Shown: in pieces, positions 1 to 6,501 of the stretch
Layout: every line of letters begins with the position of its first letter
Numbering within the stretch: the stretch's first letter is position 1
Origin: Nitrososphaerota archaeon
GTDB lineage: Archaea; Thermoproteota; Nitrososphaeria_A; Caldarchaeales; Calditenuaceae
Direction: 5' to 3'
NCBI GenBank assembly: GCA_038741355.1
Contig: JAVYLC010000002.1
Location: 1-32,000 of the forward strand
DNA length: 32,000 nt
Made by a program: the position numbers and the translations under genes
The notes under the pieces: generated by a model
Seen by the model: the letters and a program-made list of their open reading frames with translations, nothing else
Told to the model about the DNA's origin: nothing
The model's database searches: none

Positions 1-29
1 CAGCGGGATGGGGGCTTAGAATACCAAAC

Positions 30-293
30 ATGTATAAACAGCTGTTCCATCTAGAGGCTAACAACGGTAGAGAGGTCACAATATCCCTGTGGGTTGAGGA
101 TGGAATACCATGTTTCAGCTATGAGGATGGGGAGCCTATGTTTATTCCATCTGGCCGTCTGCCACAGTATGGTAGGGGGGAGTGTTATTGTAGTAGATGC
201 TGTCAGACCTTCTCCAACAGGGATAAATGCCCCAACTACAACAGAGTATTAAGGAAAAAACCAAGAAGAAAGAGAAATAAGAGCGTCCCATAG
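30..293 (+). CDS. hypothetical small Cys-rich protein with strongly basic C-terminal tail
   Basis: 87-aa ATG ORF with a Cys cluster (CYCSRCC...C) followed by KKPRRKRNK. No family recognised. It lies next to a gene fragment, so it may itself be a remnant. Confidence 0.3.
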   Translation: MYKQLFHLEANNGREVTISLWVEDGIPCFSYEDGEPMFIPSGRLPQYGRGECYCSRCCQTFSNRDKCPNYNRVLRKKPRRKRNKSVP

Positions 294-314
294 TTTCTGA
301 CAGTAGATGGTTGA

Positions 315-689
315 CTAAGATGTTCTACCCTCAGACAGGAAGGCTTCAGACCTATACATTTTAAGACGATTAGAGGAGAGGTTCTCAGAATCTCAAGACT
401 TGTCTTTACAGGTGAAACCATAGATGCGCGTGAAGCCCTATCAATAGGTCTGGTCGACTATGTGGTTCCCAAAGAGGCTGTGAGAGACAAAGTCCTCGAA
501 GTAGCTGGGAAAATATCCCTCAATGGGCCGGGGGCTGTAAAATTCATGAGGAGATGGCTTGCCAGGAGCAGGTCTCAGAACATCCGAGAAGCCTTAAAAG
601 AGCTCTCCACTATGGCCGTGTCCGACGAAGCAGTGGAAGGCATGGGGGCGTTTATGGAGAAAAGGAAGCCTTCATGGGCATTGCAATAA
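315..689 (+). pseudogene. 3' remnant of an enoyl-CoA hydratase/isomerase (crotonase-fold) gene
   Basis: The frame is open only from 315, with an in-frame TGA at 312-314. It reads ...RISRLVFTGETIDAREALSIGLVDYVVPKEAV...VEGMGAFMEKRKPSW*, which is the C-terminal part of a crotonase (normally ~250-260 aa). The N-terminal half is absent. Confidence 0.6.
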
Positions 690-878
690 CAAGCATGCCA
701 GTTATTATGGTTGAGTTGCCGATTATCGTGAATGTGTGGCGTAATAAGTATTAGTTTCTGTCAAGCTTAGCCCACGATTTTTACCATGCTCGAAGCAACT
801 TAAGATAAGAGGGTTAGCAAGCGGCATGAGTGTATTGGAGAAGGTTGTTGGGGATTTATCATAGATCTGTCATTTTGC

Positions 879-941
879 ATCTCGATAACCGTAGGTTTCA
901 CTGCGGGACACGTTCTAGCTCAAGTCTTCGCACTAATGCCA
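879..941. repeat. left copy of a perfect 63-bp direct repeat (att-like)
   Basis: atctcgataaccgtaggtttcactgcgggacacgttctagctcaagtcttcgcactaatgcca is identical base for base to 5575-5637. Identity stops abruptly on both sides. Confidence 0.95.
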
Positions 942-1238
942 GACATCCGCTGTGAACACTATGCTTCATATGTCTGATTCCGGTCTTCCTACGATGAGCC
1001 CCACGACTTTTCTATTACGCTTGCATTACATGATATAACTACTTACTCGGATCCTACAACCATTAGAGTTCGAGGTAATATAGTTGTATGACTGGGTGTT
1101 GGAGAGCTAGACCTAGTATGACATGAGTATCAGAGATTCGTAATAGTTTATAGGGGTGTGGAGGTGTTCCGCAATATACTCCAAAATAGGCGGCTGAACA
1201 TGCTTAATTCGGACACTATTCAAAGATCAATCCAACCC

Positions 1239-1245
1239 TTATAAA
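1239..1245 (+). promoter_or_regulatory. TATA-like box for the 1275 gene
   Basis: TTATAAA is centred ~33 nt upstream of the ATG at 1275, which fits an archaeal short-leader or leaderless promoter geometry. Confidence 0.4.
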
Positions 1246-1274
1246 CAAGTTCGTAGATTAACATATGGAAGTTA

Positions 1275-1979
1275 ATGGATTCCTTGAAGAAAGAGTTTCT
1301 AGAGCTACTCGATAAGGATATAGAGTTCAGATACGCGGTGGCGGGATACCTTGGTTTATCTGAGATTCTGAAGAGGCTTGATGGTCTAGCCGAAGAGCAG
1401 GCTGAGCTTAGGGAGGAGCAGGTTAAGCTTGGAAAGGAGCAGGTCAGACTCGCTGAAGAGCTGGTTAGGTTTAGGGAGGAGCAGGTTAAGCTTGGAAAGG
1501 AGCAGGTCAGACTCGCTGAAGAGCTGGTTAGGCTTAGGCAGGATTTCAACAAGGCATTCAACCTCTTAAGCTTGAGGCTAAACAGGGTTGAGAGGACTCT
1601 TGAGAAGCTCACTGTAGACATTGAGGATGAGGCCAGATCTATCATAAGGTATAGGGTTAGGCAGGAGCTGGGGATAGACATAGAGCTTGGCTCCCTCACA
1701 CTACCAGACATAGAGCTTAACATTTATGGGGCATCCGATAACATTTGCATAGTTGGTGAAGCAACAGTTAGGGCTGGAGTAAAAATCATAGAAGGGCTCT
1801 TGAGAAAGATAGAAGACCTGAGGATAAGATACCCAGACAAGGTTAAGGGTGAGGTCATACCGGTAATTTACGCAAGTCTTCCCCTACCAGAACTGGTAGA
1901 GGAGGCTAGGAGGAGGGACGTATGGCTGCTCAAAGCAACACAAGACTTCTACAAACCCAAAACCCTAATCAAAAGGTGA
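1275..1979 (+). CDS. coiled-coil protein with C-terminal PD-(D/E)XK-like nuclease-fold domain (DUF3782 / PDDEXK_10-like archaeal family)
   Basis: 234-aa ATG ORF. The N-terminus is a heptad-rich coiled coil. The C-terminal core follows an alpha-beta-beta-beta-alpha-beta pattern, with an Asp in PDIELNIYG and the strand IVGEATVR. It is a paralog of the 2179..2649 product (LEIDIFC / VVGEVTTR). The family name is from memory, not searched. Confidence 0.7.
   Translation: MDSLKKEFLELLDKDIEFRYAVAGYLGLSEILKRLDGLAEEQAELREEQVKLGKEQVRLAEELVRFREEQVKLGKEQVRLAEELVRLRQDFNKAFNLLSLRLNRVERTLEKLTVDIEDEARSIIRYRVRQELGIDIELGSLTLPDIELNIYGASDNICIVGEATVRAGVKIIEGLLRKIEDLRIRYPDKVKGEVIPVIYASLPLPELVEEARRRDVWLLKATQDFYKPKTLIKR
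1408..1533 (+). repeat. in-frame 63-bp tandem duplication (2 units, 62/63 identical)
   Basis: Unit 1408-1470 is repeated at 1471-1533. It encodes REEQVKLGKEQVRLAEELVR[F/L] twice, 21 aa or three heptads per unit. A third unit starts (ttagg) and then diverges. Confidence 0.95.
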
Positions 1980-2178
1980 GAACACAACAAGGCAGCTAAA
2001 AAGCAAGACCATCACAAAATCAATATTACCCTACGGCGGGGCTGTCGGGCCGTGTTACTCCTATAAGCTTAATGCCTCTTCTATCTCCCTCCCCATTATC
2101 AGTCTGATGCCGTTTTTTCTGCCTCCATTCTAAGCTTCTCCACAATGTTTTCAGGAGCCGCTCCGACCGATAATATCG

Positions 2179-2649
2179 TCATGAACTGCTTCTTACCGTA
2201 TTTAGCGGTATCGTCGAAATACGGTAAGACGACGATACAGCTTCAACCCTTTCTAACAGCTTGGCTATCTCCCTGTTCATCTCCTCTTCGTCCCCGAGCC
2301 TTGTTGTAACCTCGCCTACCACGAGAGGGTTTTCGCAGAAGATGTCAATCTCCAGGACTTGGCCGTTCTTCACCACATATCCCCTGCCGACCCTGACGTC
2401 TTGATATCCAAGCTCTTCAAGGAGTACCTGTATGTATGCAGCTGCACGGATCTCGTAGGTGACCCCTAGGAGGGAAGCGAACTCCTCGAAACCCTCTACA
2501 ATCCTCTTCTTCAACTTCTCCCAAGCTTCCCTCAGACTCCTAACCTCTTCCTGTATCTTTTCGGATCTTTCTCTAAGTTTCCTGACATCTTCCCACGGTT
2601 TGTCCTGATCTCCTCTCATACTCCTAGCCTCCTTCCACGGCCGTTCCAA
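2179..2649 (-). CDS. paralogous coiled-coil/PD-(D/E)XK-like protein with a 3' end frameshifted by a 26-nt insertion (restored ORF would end at 2099)
   Basis: TTG start at 2649 with the minus-strand TATA-like CTTTATAG at 2673-2680. The product shares the LEIDIFCENPLVVGEVTTR core with the 1275 gene. After ...ERVEAVSS the frame is lost. The homologous C-terminus (KYGKKQFMTILSVGAAPENIVEKL...) continues in another frame down to 2099. Confidence 0.7.
   Translation of the reverse strand: MERPWKEARSMRGDQDKPWEDVRKLRERSEKIQEEVRSLREAWEKLKKRIVEGFEEFASLLGVTYEIRAAAYIQVLLEELGYQDVRVGRGYVVKNGQVLEIDIFCENPLVVGEVTTRLGDEEEMNREIAKLLERVEAVSSSYRISTIPLNTVRSSS
2191..2242. repeat. interleaved inverted repeats (A-B-A'-B', 13 nt each) created by a 26-nt inverted duplication
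   Basis: 2191-2203 tcttaccgtattt is the exact reverse complement of 2217-2229. 2204-2216 agcggtatcgtcg is the reverse complement of 2230-2242 at 12/13 positions. Segment 2204-2229 therefore equals the reverse complement of its own flanks at 25/26. Confidence 0.95.
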
Positions 2650-3238
2650 CTCTCCACCTGCAGTGGACAGGCCCTATAAAGAAAATTGTCTGCAACCACG
2701 GTAAAAACATTGCATACGTCAAGGCGGACAGCATTATTCTGGGTTTTTGTCAATTATGAAAGGTTGTGAGCCCGACGACCAGTGCTAGGGTTGGGATGGG
2801 GTTGATAGAATGCCGATATGAACCCTCATGACAGTCTTAATCCATATAGACTCTCCATAGATGGATGAGAGGGGTGGTGTGGCCGCCGAGAAGGAGTAGA
2901 GCAGCGGCTGTGAGGCTAAAGCTGAGAAGGCCTAGGAGGGAAGGAAAGCCTATGGAGCCTGATCGATGCTAAAGATTTGCAAGACATTCCGACTCCTAAC
3001 ATGTGTGACAGAAAAGGTGCGGGGCTTAATAAATCGATATGCATCTGATGAAATGATTATACTGAAGGAGAGACTCGAGGCTCTTGGATGATCACTCATT
3101 GGATCTCTTGAATCCGACACAAGTATAGAAGGCTAGCAAGGTTTTATAAAGCTTGGACGCTGCACCGACGTGAATTCAAAAGATAATGTTTAATTTCTTT
3201 TTGGGCATTAGAGGTCCTGCTAACACTCAGCTAACAGC

Positions 3239-4081
3239 TTATCGGCTTCTTTTGATGTAGTCTCTGACCTGTGCCTCGAATTTCTGGACTATCTGCTTTA
3301 GCCTCTCCGCCTCCTCATAAAGCTTAGCGTAGTCTACTTCTAAGTATCTGTGAACTATTATATTCCTCAGCGTTATGGCCTTAGCGAGCTCGTTTCCGAG
3401 CTCCGGGCTTATGACGCCATGCTCAGTGCATAGCCTCATGTAGTCTGCGTAGCTAAGAGCAGGCCCCCATCCCTTCGCGGACGCTATGTGCCTACACACA
3501 TCAGTGAGTGCCTCGACTATGAGCTGGCACCCTCTCTCCAGAAGCCTTCTGAGGACGGGTGATCGGGATACCTCTACCAAACCCTTAGACAGTACGTGTT
3601 CATCAAGGAAGCCCACCTCATCTTTCGCGAACCCCATCCTAGACATGACGACTTCGATGTTCACTTCTGATGGATTTGGAAGTGACAACCATTCTTCGAC
3701 ATTAACTCTTACGATCTCCGCATAGTATGGATAGCGTTCACTCACCTCTTTAACCAACTTCTCCAACAGGTTCCCTCTATCCACCAAGACTATGCCCTTA
3801 GTGACCACTTCCTTCTTTATCCTAATGTCGGCCCTATCTAGGTCGACTATGTCTATCAGGTCCGCGGGAACTTTCAGCCTTGTGGATATCTCCTCGACGA
3901 GACTGCATAGCACATCGTACTTATCGCCCGAGACAGTTACGGCCAAGTCGATGTCATGAGGAGCCCTACCCTCTCGGAGAGCTGACCCAAACACGGCGGC
4001 GAAGACCACATCTCCGAAACCCTTAACGACCTCTCTGATCTTCTCGACGAACTCATTGGAGACGCGTATAAGGTCCGTCAT
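3239..4081 (-). CDS. fused minimal nucleotidyltransferase (MNT) - HEPN (DUF86-type) protein
   Basis: 280-aa ATG ORF. The N-terminal half has the NTase signature FGSALREGRAPHDIDLAV (GS...DxD). The C-terminal half has the HEPN Rx4-6H motif in LRNIIVHRY within an all-helical region. Confidence 0.85.
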   Translation of the reverse strand: MTDLIRVSNEFVEKIREVVKGFGDVVFAAVFGSALREGRAPHDIDLAVTVSGDKYDVLCSLVEEISTRLKVPADLIDIVDLDRADIRIKKEVVTKGIVLVDRGNLLEKLVKEVSERYPYYAEIVRVNVEEWLSLPNPSEVNIEVVMSRMGFAKDEVGFLDEHVLSKGLVEVSRSPVLRRLLERGCQLIVEALTDVCRHIASAKGWGPALSYADYMRLCTEHGVISPELGNELAKAITLRNIIVHRYLEVDYAKLYEEAERLKQIVQKFEAQVRDYIKRSR

Positions 4082-4096
4082 CTCACCAGTCCAGCC

Positions 4097-4115
4097 TTGT
4101 CACTGACCGTGACAA
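4097..4115. promoter_or_regulatory. perfect 7-bp inverted repeat (TTGTCAC-N5-GTGACAA) between TATA-like box and start of the MNT-HEPN gene; candidate operator
   Basis: The palindrome lies 16 nt upstream of the ATG (4081). It is downstream of the minus-strand CTTATATATTAT at 4131-4142. Confidence 0.4.
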
Positions 4116-4363
4116 AAAGTAGTGTGGTCCATAATATATAAGCCTACTGGACTTAGCTTTAGGAAGCCGGCAACCATCAATATTTGAGCTGCTGAGACGA
4201 TCCAATGCTGTGGATAAGCTCTCACGCAGGATCAACATTAAAGTAACAACAGTCAATATAAACGATATAATGAATTTTAGTAATTAGTTTAGACTAAGAG
4301 CACGTTTTTAATACGTTCTCTATAAAAAAGGCCGTATTAAAAAACAAGTAGGGCTATAGCTGT

Positions 4364-5358
4364 ATGCCTAGCCTTCTAGCTACTCTTACGAAGTCGTCTC
4401 CGGAGAGTCCAGGCGCGAACTCTTCGGGCACTTCAGGGAATTCCAAGTAGTCTCCCCCCTCGGGCTGGCCCTCCTGTACAATAAGAGGTTGGTTGTCCTG
4501 TGGATGTGTCCCTCGCCATATTAGCTCTACCTCTTTGTAGCCGTTTGGGCTGAACCGGGGGTAGGTGTGGTTGTAACACAGTCAGTAGTCGAGGTCAGCT
4601 ACGGTCAACTTGGGCTAGCCTTGATGCGTGGAGGACTGTCGGCGGAGCAGGCGCTTAAAGCGTTACTAAGCGTCGACCCATTCCCAGAGGTTAGACAAGT
4701 TGCGATGCGGATAAGAATGGAGTCGTCGCAGCTCATACTGGTAGCAAATGTATACCTGAGGCCGGCCACATAGTCGGAGAAGGATTTAGTGTTCAGGCAA
4801 ACCTGATGAGGAGTAGTAGAGTCTGGGTGGAGATGACGGAAGCGTTTAAGAATAGTCGTGGGGCTCTGCATGAAAGGCTTTTAACGGCCCTCGAAGCGGC
4901 AGAAGCCGCTGGAGGAGACATAAGAGGGAGATAATCAGCCAGCATACTAGTTGTTAAAACCAGCTCTTCCGGCTCCATCTGGAGAGACAAAGTAATTGAT
5001 CTACGGGTAGAAGATCATCCTGAACCCTTAAAAGAACTGAGGAGGCTAGTTATACTTCATGAAGCCTATGAGTATGTTAATAGAGCTGATAGTTTGGTGG
5101 CGGAGGGAAGGATTGATGAAGCATTAGAAGAATATAGGAAAGCCTCGGAGCTTGCGCCTGACAAGATAGAGCTGAGATTCTGGCAGGCCTTAACCATGTA
5201 TCTACACGGAAGAAGGGGCCGAGGCTGAAGGAATCTTTAAGAAAGTATTCTCCGAGAATAGTGATTGGAAGATCATATTGACATCTCTCGCTAGGATAGG
5301 TTTGTTCAATGTAAAAGAAGAAGACGTGGAAAGAATACTAAAACCATATGAAAACTAG
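4364..5358 (+). pseudogene. DUF1028-family (Ntn-hydrolase-like) pseudogene
   Basis: Pieces in different frames match the family pattern: VAVWAEPGVGVVVTQS..LMRGGLSAEQALKALLSVDP..RQVA / NGVVAAHTGSKCIPEAGHIVGEGFSVQANLM...LLTALEAAEAAGGDIRGR*SASILVV / ...KKVFSENSDWKIILTSLARIGL. There are at least two frameshifts (~4700 and ~5205) and in-frame stops at 4522-4524 and 4932-4934. The 5' boundary (4364 versus ~4440-4534) is uncertain. Confidence 0.65.
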
Positions 5359-5574
5359 AACTCATTAATTCAAAGAATGTTGCTGTGAATTGCGGCAGTA
5401 CCAAGTGTATGTTCACCCACCTCTCAGTGGTGTCCCAATGAGGTGTATCGTTACAGCCACCATCCAGAGCTCGAGTGGCCTCCCGCAACAGCCAGCGTGG
5501 TCATACACAACGCTTGACTTCACTGGCTGCACAAAAAAGACTACCGCCATGTACATAATCCTCACCGAGTTTCT

Positions 5575-5637
5575 ATCTCGATAACCGTAGGTTTCACTGC
5601 GGGACACGTTCTAGCTCAAGTCTTCGCACTAATGCCA
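5575..5637. repeat. right copy of the perfect 63-bp direct repeat (att-like)
   Basis: Identical to 879-941. It covers the stop codon and the last two codons (..WH*) of the AEP-like gene, plus 54 nt of its 3' flank. Confidence 0.95.
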
Positions 5638-6501
5638 TGACCTGATCCTCCTGAACGTGTCTAGGATCTCTTGATCTAGTGGCTTATGCTTGCGCTTTCT
5701 CTTAACACGCCCGGTAATGTATGGTCCTATCGCTGTATAGGCTCTTTCAGCGATATTATCTCCCTCTCCCTCCTCATACTTGCGCCAAGCATGTGGAAAA
5801 TGCTTGTACTCGTTGGGGTCTGTCCAGTCTATGTGAAAGCTCTCCAGCTCTTCCGGTGGGATACAGACGGCCACCCTATCGACAGACCTGTGCAGGCTGA
5901 GTGGCGCAGTGAAAACTCTCTGCATATCGATCTTGTTCTCAACAACCACTCCTTCCTGGGGTTCTATCCTGCACGCTATATACTGGGTCACTGAATAGGC
6001 TACGTCTAGTGGATTAATCTTGCGAAAAAGCTCTGAGCTAAAGGCTTTTGGATGAATGTGAATGTGGGCGCCTCTCCCACTCCACTTGAAGAAAACCGAT
6101 CTTGTGACACCATGCTTCTCGAGCATATGTATGATCTCAATGGCCTTCTTGACAACCTTTCTCCAATCACAATCCTTAGAGTCTATATCCCACGTCGGTG
6201 CAGCGCCTATGATGTTCCCGCGGTCAGCTAAGTCGTCAGCTGATTTCAATCTCTCGTAGATGTTTGTAGTGGCGTAGTAAGCCCTCGGCCTCAAAGAGGA
6301 GAACCTATCCAATACCTCGATCACATCATTTTCGCTCCCTATCGTTAAAGGCCTACCCCGACTCCAATACCTGATCATGGGTCTAGTGCCATCGGATTGC
6401 TCCTCGCAGTGTACAGCAACCCATCTCCCGACACAGTACTCTGCGATCTCCCTCTTCACCTCGGGCCTCATGTAATGCCCTCTGACGTGTTCCCAGATCA
6501 T
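5629..6501 (-). CDS. minimal archaeo-eukaryotic primase (AEP) superfamily protein, PriS-like/primase-polymerase-like
   Basis: 290 aa. The three AEP motifs occur in order: PTWDIDSKD (DxD), KWSGRGAHIHIH (sGxGxH) and ENKIDMQRVFTAPLSLH. PriS-like N-terminal landmarks are present (REIAEY, RAYYATTNIYE). There is no zinc knuckle. The tail is basic (GRVKRKRKHKP). Its ATG overlaps the stop of the upstream ORF (ATGA). Confidence 0.75.
   Translation of the reverse strand: MIWEHVRGHYMRPEVKREIAEYCVGRWVAVHCEEQSDGTRPMIRYWSRGRPLTIGSENDVIEVLDRFSSLRPRAYYATTNIYERLKSADDLADRGNIIGAAPTWDIDSKDCDWRKVVKKAIEIIHMLEKHGVTRSVFFKWSGRGAHIHIHPKAFSSELFRKINPLDVAYSVTQYIACRIEPQEGVVVENKIDMQRVFTAPLSLHRSVDRVAVCIPPEELESFHIDWTDPNEYKHFPHAWRKYEEGEGDNIAERAYTAIGPYITGRVKRKRKHKPLDQEILDTFRRIRSWH

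Larger units (their letters stand above)
879..5637. mobile_element. candidate integrated/decayed genomic islet delimited by 63-bp direct repeats; no integrase recognised
   Basis: Direct repeats of att-like length flank 4633 bp. This interval is visibly more AT-rich than the rest of the window and has long non-coding gaps, TA-type and nuclease-like genes, and pseudogenes. Confidence 0.4.

Noticed and set aside
554-754. 66-aa ORF overlapping the end of the crotonase fragment
   Set aside because: It is an alternative frame of a recognisable gene remnant and has no motif or promoter.
879-941. Whether the 63-bp repeat is a tRNA 3' half (classical archaeal att target) or a CRISPR repeat
   Set aside because: Neither strand shows a T-arm (GTTCRANYC with a flanking 5-bp stem) or an acceptor/anticodon arrangement. 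There are only two copies, 4.6 kb apart, so it is not a CRISPR array. Only a weak 5/6-bp hairpin (CCGCAG-N6-CTACGG, minus strand) is present.
942-975. Possible degenerate extension of the repeat into AEP-like coding sequence (..VFTADVWH* versus ..FRRIRSWH*)
   Set aside because: Only about 13 of ~22 positions match after allowing indels, and there is no similarity further in. This is indistinguishable from chance by eye.
1220-1723. 167-aa Ser/Leu-rich ORF on the minus strand with its own internal repeat
   Set aside because: It is the antisense shadow of the coiled-coil gene 1275..1979. Its repeat mirrors the 63-bp duplication, its composition is low-complexity, and it has no promoter or motif of its own.
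2191-2242. Programmed ribosomal frameshift stimulated by an H-type pseudoknot (interleaved 13-bp helices)
   Set aside because: The four arms are contiguous with zero-length loops, so both helices cannot form together. No slippery heptamer lies upstream. A simple 26-nt inverted duplication explains both the structure and the frame loss.
3046-3111. C/D-box sRNA-like arrangement (TGATGA at 3046, CTGA at 3062, TGATCA at 3089, TTGA at 3108)
   Set aside because: The C' and D boxes are non-canonical, the D'-C' spacer (~23 nt) is far too long, and there is no terminal stem.
4354-4575. Minus-strand reading ...PLIVQEGQPEGGDYLEFPEVPEEFAPGLSGDDFVRVARRLGIQL* resembling a UPF0150/HicB-like antitoxin, followed by T-tracts
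   Set aside because: The frame is the codon-aligned antisense of the DUF1028 reading frame, so it stays open for trivial reasons. It has no in-frame start without invoking a frameshift and no promoter. The resemblance rests on a short pattern only.
5390-5607. Overlapping 64-aa ORFs on both strands next to the right repeat, considered as split integrase fragments (SSV-type integration)
   Set aside because: No tyrosine-recombinase motifs (R..HxxR..Y) are present. The copies at the left repeat terminate within a few codons, and the composition is not coding-like.
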